Of a DNA stretch of 64,000 bases, positions 15,041 to 28,300 are shown piece by piece. Source of the DNA: Vicugna vicugna (Eukaryota); contig MU058289.1 of assembly GCA_013265495.1 (NCBI GenBank), positions 1,178,001 to 1,242,000 of the forward strand, in the 5' to 3' direction. The notes beneath the pieces are model-generated. The model ran no database searches and had not been told where the DNA came from. It was given only the letters and a program-made list of their open reading frames with translations. A program made the translations under genes and the position numbers. Within the stretch, counting starts at the first letter, position 1; every line of letters begins with the position of its first letter.

Positions 15041-16149
15041 GTGTAGTTGGTTTATTGACTAACAGGTCCTCTATTTTTTTAGTTATCTTCTGTGTGGTTG
15101 ATCTATTCATTATTAGGGGCTCTTCATCCCTCATTTCCCCCATTAATGCCTGAGGAAGCCTGGGATGATACCTAAAGTGAACTTTGTAGGGTAGGCAGTA
15201 GTCCTTCTGGCAGGTGAACTTGGGGGTTATTGGGGACATTTTAGACTGAAAGAATGGCACGGCTAAAGGGAGTATTTCTTACTCAAGGAGGCATGGGAGG
15301 ACCAGTGTGACTGCTAAGAGAAACCTTGATCTTCTGAGATACAGTATTGCCAGGTGGGCAACTGTAGTTTATATCTCCTACTGGATGTTCAGATTCAGCC
15401 TGTGTTCCTGAGATGCGTGACTGGGAGATTTGCTGGTGCTGCCTGAGGCTCAAGTCACTGACTGTGCCTTAGAGATGAAAATGGCATTTACTTAATATTC
15501 TGTGGGGGAATTAAGAAAACTAAGAAAAACCACACTGAGCAACTTTCATGTGCCAGGCACTCCATTGTTTGCTTTATGAGTATTTTCTCTTCAATTCTCA
15601 CAACCACCTAGTAAAGTGGGAATTGTTTTTGATGCAGAAATCAAAGCTTGAGAAATGAAGTAATTTTCTTAAGGTTAATGGAAGACAAGTGTCAGTATCA
15701 ATAGGCTGATTCAAACCCAGGAATTTGGGTCCAGAGCTGGGAACATTTAATTCTTAAATGCTGCAACCTCAGCCCTCAGCATACAGTGCAGGTATGCAGT
15801 ACACTGTACACAGCCATGAGGCTCAGCTGCTAGCAATACTGTTACCACTATAATTTTTTCCCTATTCATCTTTAATGCCAGAGCTTACTTTCTGTGCCTC
15901 TCAAGCCACACAGCCTGTCATCGTCTTTTGTGAACAAAATCATAGGCATTTTTTTTTCTGTAACACAATTGCATCCTGTTTAAAATGCAGTGTCTGATTC
16001 CCCTTTGATGCCCTGTACAGAGCTAGTCTCCCAAGAAATTCTCAGTGATATGTGCCTTGGTTCTTTCAGGATCTTTACCAATAACTGCACAACTGCCTAT
16101 AGTAACAACTGACTAGCCCAAGGCTGTTGAAACTACTCTGAATTTCTAG

Positions 16150-16276
16150 TCATCGGTGACCTTCAGTAAAATGCCTGTAACCTCTATTCAGGAACACTAA
16201 GGGCAGCTGCACTAAGCCCAGAGAACCCTGTAACAAGAGGTGATGCTGAAGTACTTGAGGCTTCTGGTCTCACTGG
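16150..16276 (+). pseudogene. Fossil KRAB-A exon (127 nt, three in-frame stops) of a dead ZNF599-family paralog
   Basis: ttctag acceptor, CTGG|gtaaag donor; translates SSVTFSKMPVTSIQEH*GQLH*AQRTL*QEVMLKYLRLLVSL-G; flanks align with flanks of the KRAB-A exons at 144 and 50485. Confidence 0.85.
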
Positions 16277-16639
16277 GTAAAGCCTCACCTCTCCTCCATA
16301 CAGGGACCTGAAGCCTTATTCATTATGCTCTTTCTCCAAAACACATGTTAGGGACCCCTCCTGACTTCCTGCGGTCCTGCTGTGTTCTTGTCTCATTTTC
16401 TCCTATCTGGTGTCCTTTGTGTCTCCTCAGAGTATTTTGAATAATAAATATATTCCTCGCAAAGATGGCTCAAATGCCAAAGGGGGATTTGTTGGAAGGA
16501 AATGGAAATGTCTTGTAAGAAACCCCCAAAAGGTGAACAGTAAGTAGGTGAGTGATAGGTGATTAGGAAGACCCACTAGATGTGACACTGGAGACCAGAA
16601 TGATGAAGCAGCCACGTGAAGACAATGACAATGAAATTA

Positions 16640-16860
16640 ATAGCTAATGTTTATTTGAATGCTTTTGAGGCACCAGGCATTGTAAGCATTTTACACCAAT
16701 TAACACATTTAGTCTTCAAAGTAATCCTTAGATGCTATGATCATTTTATAGATGGAGAAACTGAGGCACGGCACAGCGTGTTAAGTTGTCCAAGGTCATA
16801 CAGAGCCAGGACATGTGCAACTTAGATCATACCCAGACAGCGTGGCCCAGAGCCCGTGCT
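16640..16860 (-). mobile_element. MIR SINE
   Basis: MIR core attttatagatggagaaactgaggcac...aagttgtccaaggtcatacag. Confidence 0.8.
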
Positions 16861-18249
16861 CTTCACATACACACACCTTTAAGCTCTTGGAGGATATGGA
16901 GTGTGTCTTATTTATGGGGCCCACAGTAAATGCTCAAGAAATGGTTAAGTCATAACCGAGCATGATTCTCCATCAGTGACATTATAACAGCATTATGATC
17001 TCAGCTCAGTCTTTTACGATGACAAGGTACGGCCATATCCTCTTACTGCTTTCTTTAAAAACCTCTACCTTTATTTAAATCTCTGGCTTTCTTTTCCTAG
17101 TTCAGTATCATTGTGAAGTTACTTTAAATCAAGAATTATAAACCATTATCATGTGTATGCTCATGCTTTTTAAATGACAAAGTATGGGCATTTGGATGAA
17201 TCCTCTCATAACACAATGGCATAAAACTGTGTAGTGAAAGCAAATAAAGCCTGGGGGACTAAAGGACTACTTCATCTTTGTAGTACCAGTGCTTGGGAGA
17301 GCAGAGAAGGACACAATGGGAGAAACCTAAAGCTACTGCCATTACTCCACAACTAAATGTACACATAGGGGCCAGTCTATCCATAATTACAACTATCTTT
17401 AATCCTTGTTTGATACCATGCCATGCTCCCTTAATTATAAGTCTCTGAAAGATCCTTCAACATTCCATAGAGTATCAAAGTAAACCTCATGACTATTAAA
17501 AGGAAAGAGAAATCTCTTAATATTAAAAACTTACCCTCCAATTCCAAACCCACTGTCTCTAGTGTGAATTGCTAGGGAATGTGCCTTCACCTCTTGGCTT
17601 TCAGTTAAGGTAGCACATGTACCAAAGTAGAGTATTTTGTCTAAAGTTGGAAACCCTATCACTCATTCCACACCAGAATTGTATCAATGATATTCCTTCT
17701 TAAAATAATTTTCCTTACAACTATCAAATGCCATAGAGAACATAATCTGAAATATAAACTATATAACTGCGCTTTACTTGCAACTGCATCCATACAATCC
17801 TAATCATTGACCTGTATCACCTTTCCAGTAGCAAGAAATGGGAAACCATAGGGGCAATAAAGGCTATTCATTTCTTATCTGAAGCTTAGAATATCTGAAG
17901 CCAACCCCCTTACAGATCATAACTATCTGTCAAGGTTCAGTGTAGAAAGCAAAAACTGTCTTAAATATTTCAAGAAGACATATAGGAAATTAATGTTGTC
18001 AAAATTGGTGAGCAGGCTGGAGTAATGGGCACAGCTCTGGACTATTAAATTCCAACCCCCCATAACTGATCAAGGGATGAGGAAATTACTGCTGTTACTA
18101 GTGATGCTGCCAGCAGAAACACCTCAAAGCCACAAAACTTGAAACTTAACGCTGATAACGGATTCCAGATGCAGCAAACCTGATACAACTTGCTTGTCTG
18201 CTTTGCCTAAAATGATCCCCAAGAGCGCATGTTCTTGCACAGTTGCCTA

Positions 18250-18605
18250 CAGTTGTCCTCAGTATTCGCAGGGAACTCGTTCCAGACCAACATACTCCCT
18301 TACCCTCCATGGATACCAAAATCTGCAGGTGCTCCAAGTCCCTTACATGAAATGGCACAGTATTCGTTATAACCTATGCACAGCCTCCTTCATACTATAA
18401 ATCATCCCTAGATTACTTATAATACCTAATACAATGTAAATATCATGTAAATAGCTGTAAAAAACAATGTAAATGCTGTGTAAATAATTGCTGCCAGCAA
18501 ATTCAAGTTTTGCCTTTTCAGAACTCTCTTGATAAAAACTTTTTTTTTCCAGTTGCGAGCGGTTGAATCTGCATATGTAGAATCTGCAGTTATGGAGGGT
18601 TACTG
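18250..18605 (+). mobile_element. MER2 (TcMar-Tigger non-autonomous DNA transposon)
   Basis: TA|cagttgtcctcagtattc...gagggttactg|TA; internal ccatggataccaaaatc and agcaaattcaagttttgcctttt. Confidence 0.85.
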
Positions 18606-19129
18606 TAATTAGCACTCATCCCTTAGGATTCAGATTAAAAAACACGTCCACTCTGCTCTGACCTCTCATAGTACGTAGTTTCTTGGGTTATGTTCTCATG
18701 GTACTTGTAAAAATTAAAATGTGTGAATTAAGCCAACTGGAAATGGACTGTGGATCATCCTCACCAAAATGGCGACATTCTTAGCACAGAGATCAGGACG
18801 TTTTTCCTAGGTATGCTAGTCTCCCACAAAGATTATACAGTAATGCTGATCATAATTCCTCAAGAGGAAAGTAGTGGAAAATTTTGTAAGAAATATCAGT
18901 GTGTCAGTCAAAGCGTTCAATATATACAGAATGATTTTATTAAAGACCAAAAATTTTATGCACGCCACTTTTAACTTCTATTGCAACTTTAATTTTCAAC
19001 ATTATAACATTTGCTGGATTCACTGGGTGACAAGTATCTTCACATGCCCATTAGCTAAAGATAATTTCTATGTAGGACTCGAGTAAAATGCATGCTGCTA
19101 CTATAAGGTATGCATATTCACTTATAATA

Positions 19130-19690
19130 TGCTTATTGGTTTTCCTGTAGAATTGTTTACAAATTCGCATCATTGCAAAGGAACACTTACATGTAATTCC
19201 TACATCTTTCAGGTGATTCTAGCATTAATCTTCTGATGTCTAGCAAGCTAAGAACACTTAGTGAACACTTGGCTACATTTCTTACATTTTTCTCTCCAGT
19301 GTGAGTTCTCTGATGTAGAATGAGAGATGCGTTTTAACTGAGGGATTTCCCACAATTTTTATATTCATGTTGCATCTATCCTGTATGTATTTAATGCTTT
19401 TTAAGAGAATCATATTGCTTAATGTCTTTCCCATACTTATTACATGTAAAGGGTTTTTCTCCAGTGTGGATTTACTTATGTCAATCAAGAGATTAATGCT
19501 GGCTAAGGCTTCCCCACATATATTGCCTTCATATTATAGTCTCGCTATAGTGTGAAATGTAACAGACAATAAGGCTTGTATCACTGCTAAAGATTTCCCC
19601 ATATTCAGTACATTCATAAGAACTTTCTCCAGTAAAAATTTTCTGATGTTGAATCAGGGAGGATCTATGAGTAGCATATTATGACGAATA
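19130..19690 (-). pseudogene. Degenerate zinc-finger array in the ZNF181 3' UTR
   Basis: Repeated finger-linker relics on -: IQHQKIFTGESSYECTEYG near 19655-19595; cacactggagaaaaaccc near 19450-19468; catcagagaactcacactggagag near 19290-19315. Confidence 0.75.
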
Positions 19691-19696
19691 CCTTAC

Positions 19697-21183
19697 TTAT
19701 ACAGTTTCTCTCTTATACGATCTTTCACATGAATAGTGATTCATGTGGCTTAAAGGGTTTTCCACACTTACTGTACTACTGGGTTTCTCTCCGTTATGTA
19801 CTCTCTGATGGGCAGTAAGATTTGAGCCTTTGCTAAAAGCTTTCCCACATTCATTACATTTATATGGCTTTTCTCCAGTATGAATTCTCTGATGCACAGT
19901 AAGGTTTGAACTACAGCTGAATGTCTTCCCACATTTAATACATTCGTAAGGTTTCTCTCCAGTATGAATTCTGTGATGTTGAAGCAGGGATGACCTATGA
20001 CTGAAGGCTTTCCCACATATACTGCATTCATAAGGTTTCAATCTAGTGTGATTTCTTAGATGCATATTCAGTGATTCAGGCTGGTTGAAGGATTTCCTGC
20101 ATTTTTGACATTCAAAGGGTTTTTCTTCAGAATGAATACTCTGATGCTGAATAAGAAATGAGAGGCTGCTAAAGACTTTCAGACATTTGTTGCATTCAAA
20201 TTGTTTCTCTATAGCATGAATTCTTTGATGTCGAGTAAGGTGTGAGCTACAGCAAAAGGCTTTTCCACATTCACTACATTCATAAGGTTTCTCTCCAGTA
20301 TGAATTTTCTGATGGTGAATGAGAGATGACCTGTGAATGAAGGCCTTCCCACATATTCGACATTCATAGAGTTTTTCTTGAGTATGAATTCTCAGATGTT
20401 CAATAAGATGTGAAACACGACTAAAAGCCTTTCCACAGTTCATACATTCATATGGTTTCTCTCCAGTGTGAGTGCTTTGATGATTAGTAAGTGATGAAAC
20501 ATGACTAAAGGCCTTCCCACATTCAATACACTTGTAAGGTTTCTCTCCACTGTGGCTTATTTGATGTCGAGTAAGGGATGAGCCATGGCTAAAAGTCTTC
20601 CCACATTCATGACATTCGTACGGTTTTTCTCCTGTATGAATTCTCCAGTGGCGATTAAGGATTGATTGTTTACCAAAGGATTTCCCACATTCACTGCATG
20701 TATAGATTTTCTCTCTGTTATAAGTCTGGTGAAGGGCAAGAGATTTGCTTTGGCTGAAGGCTGCCATACTTTCATTAGAATTCAAAAGTTTCTTTCCACC
20801 ATTGACATTCTCGTTGTTTATAACTGAATTTGTTGGTATGTTCTTCTGAAATACATCATGTTTATGTGACTTTCCTTCAGCAGAAATTCTCTGTGGTTCA
20901 GAAAGAACAGACTTTAAATGGAAGATGCTTCTAAGTGTATTGCATTTGTAAACATTTTCCCCAGTGGGACTTTCTCTAAAGGTGAGGGTCACTGGTCTGA
21001 AATGTTCTATCTGGTTTTCACACTTCCCCTCCAACTTCTCTATATAATCCAAGTCCTTGTTAAAATTTGAAAATTCATGACTTTGTTTTATAATTTTTTC
21101 CGTTATTACCGTTTGGGGTGAATCTTCATCACAAATATCCTCCTTCATTGATAATTCTTTGTTTTCCCATCTTGAGTCCCAAT
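19697..21183 (-). CDS. ZNF181: ZNF181 terminal exon: spacer plus 11 C2H2 fingers, ending ...SYKRETV*
   Basis: attacag acceptor ending at 21184, phase 1 ([16 protein letters not shown]...), continuing into ORF 19697..21148; fingers match recalled human ZNF181. Confidence 0.95.
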
Positions 21184-22164
21184 CTGTAATATATCAAGAC
21201 AGCAAAACACTGCTTTTTTTTTTTTTTAACTTCTTGAAAAGAAACTTCTATGGTAGAAATAAGAGAACTGGATAAAAATTAAGTCATCCCCCTGTACCCT
21301 CACAAGAAAACACATGCTCTAATAAAACTCATATATTCAATGATTTCTGAACAAAGTTCAAATGGAGCACAGAGAATACAGACAGCTCAGGGGCAGAGTG
21401 TATTACGGGAAATGGTTAAATATAGGCAATCAGTATGTGGGAAAAAACTGAATCTATCAGAAAGAAAATGCAGAAGGCATTTCTTTCTGGATCCCAAGCC
21501 AATACTTTGTGCCTTTTAAACTTATGTGAAAGACCACATCTTATCTCACACAGCTTTGGTTCTGCAACTTCTCAATTAAATTTAATTAAATTGATTAATC
21601 TCAATTTGCAGTCAGATTAATATGCTTAAAATGCAGAATTTATAGCACTGCATTAAACAGCTACAATGACAAAATAATCTAAATACTCTGTGGTTCAGAA
21701 AGATTTAGGCTTAGTGAGTTTACGTAGGATCTGTGTGAAATCATAGTATTTACTGACATTAGAAAATATCATTCTTAGAAACCTTCCTATACATCCCTTA
21801 CTTCCTCTAGCACTTATGTTCATATTTGATCTTTGAAGTTCTGCCTTAGGGGAAACTGATTTTCCATCTAATTGACAGCATTTTTAGACTTACATGGACT
21901 TACAAAGAATAATTTGCCTTATTTCATTTCAAATAAACAACAATTTGAATTATTATGAACGCAAAAAACCTCCACTGTTAACTAGATGACATAATACAGA
22001 AAGGTAATGATTTGGGATAGAGGACTGGTCATTCTGAAATCTAAGCTAAGGATCCCTCAGTTTTGTTACATTTTGGATCTCTGAAGACATTATGTCTTAA
22101 ATATCCTAAAATGCCTCCACACTTTCTACAAGCATCTTAACAAAGACCTCTTTTGCCTGATTCA

Positions 22165-22275
<111 letters not shown>

Positions 22276-22483
22276 TTACAGGAAAAATACAGAACAAAAA
22301 TTGTTCAAGCTGTGGTCTTCATGGAGGAGAGATCAACATCAAAATAGAGACCAAAGTAAGTCTGAAGGATGTTCACTAAAATGGGAAGATAAGCTTCAGG
22401 CAGGACAAAACAGAGCTATGTATTTCCTTGGGAACGTGAAACAAAAATTCAGCTATTTACTAAGGAAGATCTCTAGCAATTCA

Positions 22484-22675
<192 letters not shown>

Positions 22676-23586
22676 TTAGGCTCAACCAATAGCCTAGGCC
22701 GCTTCTGTCACTGGTCAAGGGGTAAAACTATGCTAGTGTGGAAGAAAGGGAACAAGATTCAATAGTTGTGACAATGATCAGGAATCTGATCTAAGTTAAG
22801 TAATAACTGGATAATTATGTTCTTGGTGGTGGTGTCCAATACAGATAAGAGACAAATATAAAAGCTCTCCTTCAGGAGAGTTAATTTTGTAAAAGGGAAT
22901 AGAATTATAAAATTTTTAAAAATCAACATTCAATACTTGACAGCATATAGTCAAGTGCTTATTGTGTTTTTTATAACTTACATGCCAGGTAATAAAACAT
23001 GATAACCCACTAAAGTTCAAAAAAAAAAAAGAATACAATAGGTTCAGAAAAAAGACATCTTTATATTAAAGATAGACACATACATAACCAATTTATAAAC
23101 AAAAAGCAAAAACATTTATGCACATAATTAAACCTCATGTTCATAATCTATAATTAAAATAATTTGAGACCCCTGGGCAAGAAGACTGAAGGATGGTTTT
23201 ATGACACAGGTAGTCCTTGAATACAACCTTAAAGTAAGGGCAAAGAAAAAAAAAGACACATTGCAAGGAAAATATTCTAAGGAAATAGATTTCTTCCCAA
23301 CAGTACTCATTCATGGTATTATTTAAAATAGCAAAATTTTAGAAAAAAGCTTAAATGTTCAATAATAATTTACTGGTTAGTCAAATTAAAATACGCGCAA
23401 AGAAAGTATGTATTTAAAATGGCACTATTACTGCCTTTCATTAGTGAAATAAACATTGTTTGGCTATTGTAAAGTTTTCACTCCAAGTGTAAATTCAATA
23501 TTCTATTACTTCATTTGGATATTTTACATGTGTGTTCACCAGTGACACTGGTCTTTGGTTTAAAGAGGGAATTTACCTTTGTCAGG

Positions 23587-24239
23587 TATTGGGGAAATAA
23601 TTAAAAATCAAATCTACCAAGCACAAAATCCTCTCCACGGTCTAAAAAGAGAAAAGTTTAATTACTGAATAAGCATGAAACCAGACAGTAATGCACTTCA
23701 CAGGCAATCACTAATAAGACTGCAAGGACAGAAAGAATTTTCACCCTTTTATAAAGTCAGGCAGATACAATCCATTATACATGTTTTCAAAATTAATAAC
23801 TTGTCCTTAAGTAAGAGGACTTGACAGCATTATTTGCTACACAGAGTTCATCCTAAATTCACCTGGTAATTGGAGTAGCCATCTATATTAACTGCCTTTA
23901 TCCCAAAGAAAAATAAAACTCGTATCTTTATGATAAGCAGGTAGTTAGAACTTGGAGCCAGAAGCCTACGCTAAACTCCCACACAGGTAGGGAGATAAGA
24001 GGCGCATCTTCCTTCATGTTTTCAATTCAAAGAGATGGGTCTGAGGCCCATAAGAAAGACTTACTACTTTGTGAAATTGGCAGAGGCTTATTTAGCTTTG
24101 AAAAAGATTTACAAGCATCTCAAAGGGACAGGGAGAGGACATACAATTACAGGTTTTTCTCAAGGAAACATTCTAAGAGAGGGAGATCTCCCTTTTGGCA
24201 CCAGGGAAATTTTTTTTTCCATTTGTGTTTACTCTTACC
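23587..24239 (-). mobile_element. Solo ERV1-class LTR (MER92-like) interrupting an old L1 in a ZNF181 intron
   Basis: LTR-like text flanked by cagg direct repeats (23583-23586 and 24240-24243); L1-like sequence resumes on both sides; family name from memory. Confidence 0.55.
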
Positions 24240-24522
24240 CAGGTATTAGGATTATGCTAGCCTTATCCTACGCACTGAAAAAAATTCCATCTTTTCCTAT
24301 TTTCCACAGTAGTCTGTAAATGATTAGCTTTTACAAATCCCACCTGATAAACCAAATTTAAAAATCAACACTATATTAAATGCATAAAGCACTGTTTTAT
24401 TCCACTCATGCAAAAATATTTTGCATTGTATGTTTGATACTAATGAGTATCACTGTATTAACAGTCTAAAGAAGAACACCACATAATCTCACTAATAGAT
24501 ACTCTTTGCTCTTTATTTAAAT

Positions 24523-24761
24523 CAGGGTTTCTCAACTTTAGCATTATTGACATTTTAGGCTGAATAATTCTTTACTGCAAGGACCTGTCCTTTGTATTTT
24601 AGGATGTTTAGCAGCATCCTTAGCCTCTACCCTTTAGATGTTAGGAGCAACTCCCCTTCCCCCCCCGGATTACAACCACCAAAAATGTCTCCAGACATTG
24701 TCAAATGTCCCCCCTGGGTGGGACTAAGGGAGACAAAATCACCCCTGTTTGAGAACCACTG
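24523..24761 (+). mobile_element. MER20 (hAT-Charlie)
   Basis: cagggtttctcaacttt...aggatgtttagcagcatcc...atgtctccagacattgtcaaatgtcccc...gagaaccactg. Confidence 0.85.
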
Positions 24762-25056
24762 CTGTACAAAAGTTTTGTACTTCCTTAAACGACTCTCGTA
24801 GGCCTCTCTACCTACCCACACTCAAGGTGTTCTCTCAGTTTAGTAAAACTTCACTTCCGCCTCTGCCTCCCTGGTACTGTGTGCCACCCAAACAACTCCA
24901 GCCTTGCTTCCCCAGGGATGCTTCAACTCTTTCTTCCCCTTCAGCTGCCTGGGCAGCCTAGGGTGTTCATTCATCATTGTCCCCAGAACTTAGGATATTA
25001 CATAAATATCTTAATTTCTTACAGTTTCTTGCTTTTCTACCAGTCCTGTACAAGTC

Positions 25057-25267
25057 CTGTACTGCTCAATACAGTAGCCACTGTATTTGGCTACAGAAAT
25101 TGAAATTAACTAAACTTAAAAGTTAAGTAAAATTAAAAATTCAGTTCCTCAGTCACTCTAGTTATAGTTCAAGTACTCAACAGTCATATGGGGCTGGGGG
25201 CTACCATACTGGACAGCACACAAAGAGAACACTTCCACCACTGTAGAAAGGTCTCTCAGTATTGCAC
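25057..25267. mobile_element. MER3/MER33-like hAT element
   Basis: aattaaaaattcagttcctcagtcac...caagtactcaacagtcatatggggc...ctaccatactggacagcac. Confidence 0.7.
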
Positions 25268-25529
25268 TAGGTAACAAAATCCTGTATGTCAGTGTATACC
25301 CAAACCTATGTAAGAGTCTTCCTAACAGGTTCTTCATTAAGTGTTTAGAAAATGAATCAATGAACCATTTTGGCAGTTCACACTTTAGCTTTTTTTAGAG
25401 AAGTGAAGTTTGTCCAATTCTATTATCTAATATTCCTAAGAAACAGACTCTGCCCAACATGCACATCGCCACTCATACATTCTCCTGTGCAGGCTTCACT
25501 CCTACCCCATGATTCTGCCCTGCCATTTT

Positions 25530-26350
25530 TTCATCACTCATTCACTCAACAATTATTTACTAAGCATCTGTTTTATGACAGATACCACTCCAGATAATGA
25601 AGATAAAACAGTCAACAAAAAAGAAAATACACCTCTTCCAGCAAGAGGAGACAAACAATGAGCATATGCATATACTACACATATAGTGTATCAGTTAGTG
25701 AGTGATAAGTGCTTTGAAAAATAACAACACAGTGATGGAGGAGTTAAAGCGATAGTCACGAGGTGACTGCAATTTTAAATTTTAAAGGTGTTCAGGGAAG
25801 CTTTACCAAGAAAGTAACCACTGAGCAAAGATACAAAGGAGGTAAGAATGCAAGAGTGTGTATATCTAGGGAAAGAATATTCCAAGCAGATGGTATAGCA
25901 ACTTCCAAGTCCTGGAGGCAGTGGCCAGTGTGGCTGGAGACAGAGAAGGAAGATGAGATCAGAGAGGTAATAAGACAGACTAATTGTACAAAGCTTTTTA
26001 GTCATTACACAAATCTGACTTCTATTCTGAATTAGGGCCACTGAAGAGTTTTACACTGAGGATTTTATATAACAAGAAATTCACTATGACAGCTGTATTG
26101 AGAAGAGACCGAAGAGGGTCAAGGGCAGAAGCAGGGAATATAGTAAGGCAACTACTGCAATAATCTAGGTGGCTTGGACCAGGGTGGCAGTGGTCGTAGC
26201 CTTAGGGCAACCAATCGTGTAGATATCCTCTGTATATTTCAGATCCAACTAGAGTGTCTGAATCTGAGTTATAAGAGAAAGGGAGGTATCAAGGATGACT
26301 CCAAACATCTCTTGACTTGAACAACTGAAAAGAACTGATATATACCATTA
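25530..26350 (-). mobile_element. L2 LINE 3' region
   Basis: cattcactcaacaattatttactaagc (reverse complement of L2 tail), ggtggcttggaccagggtggcagtgg, caaggatgactcca. Confidence 0.75.
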
Positions 26351-26674
26351 ATTGAGACCACATGATACAGCTTTGACAACCACAAAGCAAATAACCTAAA
26401 ATTCCAAACCTGAATTTTGACTTGTAATTTTAAAAAAGGTTTGTTCAAGACTCCACGGAGGCTTCTAGCAGAAAACTGGTAGAAAAGAGGAGCACTGAGA
26501 GAAGACAGTACCTTGTAGTTCTGCGGGCTCCACGTTTTGCTATAATGAAAGGAATTATAGATCCAGCTCCTAAATGGACTTTATGCGGTAGTAACTGGTA
26601 GGAGAGTTAGAGCAAAAACCCCCGAGTCCTGATGAGCAGGTGTTTTGAGAAGATTTGGGGACTTCCTAACTTAC

Positions 26675-26683
26675 CTGAAACAT
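26675..26683 (-). CDS. ZNF181: ZNF181 start-codon segment (ATG TTT CAG = MFQ) at the 3' end of exon 26809-26675
   Basis: gaggacATGTTTCAG|gtaagt; acceptor tttctatgcag before 26809; spliced CDS 9+121+96+1487 = 1713 nt = 570 aa, consistent with recalled human length (MPQ...). Confidence 0.8.
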
Positions 26684-27249
26684 GTCCTCGCAGTTTCCAA
26701 AAGTGAACACTGTCCTTCTCCCAGGCTCTCTTATAAAAGGAGAAGGCAGATCAAGAACTGGAAAACGCAGTCATGAAAAATCAGGCTTATCGTGCAGCTC
26801 TGGACACACCTGCATAGAAAATCACATAGGGAATCACTTTTGGGGGCTCCAATCATTCCTCGAATTAACAGTGTTTCTTGGCAAGAAGTAACCACGTGCT
26901 ATCTGCGTGTAAATCAACTATTATATACATAAGAGATAAACTCTTAAAACAATACTAATAATATTAAAGAAGAGCTCGTTCGATCTTCACCACTATGCAT
27001 GGTGGGCATTCACATTACAGATTTCTTTTTTAAACAATGAGAAAACTGAAACTCGGCGATATTGAAGCAATCTGTTCAAGGTTTACACACTGGACTTTAA
27101 GGAAAAAAAAAACCTGCAGATGGCATTTTCTTTCAGTGCATACTACACACACTCGCTCTCCCATTTCCTTTTCCTAACAGCTCTATAAGGTAAGCGGCAT
27201 CTTTACCCCTTTTCACCAAGCAGCACTTAGAGGCCCAGAGAAGCGAAAG

Positions 27250-28300
27250 GCCTGGCTGGCTCACACCACGGGGCAGACCCTCGGGCCAGGGAGGCTGCGG
27301 CAGCCGTGCCCAGCGCCTGGCTGTTTTGTTAGCCCGAGGCCTGCCGGCCGCCCTCCCTCCAGGACCCACACCCGCCTGACTCCTCAGCCGACCCCGCTGC
27401 CACCGAGCCGGGCGGGGCCGTCCAGAGCCTGCACCTACGCGTACCTGACGCGCCCGGTCGCGGCGAGCGGACAATGGCCGCCCCGCTCGAGGGAACCGCG
27501 CCGTCCACAGTCCTCCCCGATTCCAGAACCGAGAACTCCGAGCCTGGCCGGAGACGACCGCGCGGCGGACCAAGGATGAGCCACACCGGGGCTACACTTC
27601 TCAGCCGCCTCCGCGTCAGGGACAAAAGTTGCCAGTGCGTCGCACGGTTGCCTCCGGGAAAACCACACTTCCCAGAAGGCTCCGCGGCCGCGCGGCGCAC
27701 CGCGAGAACTCGGCCTGGGCTTTGTGAAAAACTACTTCGCTCGGAGCTGCGCGCAGAGCAACACATGCAAAGTCCCGAGAGGTCGGTAGTTGTCTCTGAC
27801 GACTCTGCCTTCCGGAGCTAACGGCAACCGTCTGCTTGCACTGGGAGGACAGTGGCGCCCAGAACTACACTCTCCATAAAATCATGCGCCGGCGCAACGT
27901 CGTCTGCTTGCGCAGACGGTCTCCTGCCGGGACAAGGGCAGCCTTTGCGGGTGCGGGGTGAGAACTGGCCTCTACCAGCGGAACGTCTCCTCTCATCCAA
28001 AGCCCGGCTGCCACGCTGTCCAGCTCGTATGGGCCTTGAGCATTGGCACCGACCTGCCTAGGACTGTATTTTCCAGAATGCCCTGTGTCCGGGCTGTTAC
28101 AACAGCAGCTGTCCGCGGACCCACGGCACTTCCCGGAAGTTGGTGCGGTCACGTCATCGCTAGCGCACTGGCTGCAGCTCCGATGTGCATTGCACACCCT
28201 CGAGGGGCTCGGGAATATAGGACTCCCGTGAGGGCTTTGAGGACAAAGACCCTCAGTCCTGGGAAGAATCACTCCTCTGACCCTCCTCGGCCCCCAGAAG
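27250..28300 (-). promoter_or_regulatory. CpG-island promoter and non-coding first exon of ZNF181 (candidate donor CAG|gtacgc after 27445)
   Basis: High CpG density; ZNF143/SBS-like motifs at 27661, 27863, 28061; ETS ACTTCCCGGAAGT 28128-28140; GTCACGTCA 28148-28156. Confidence 0.8.
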
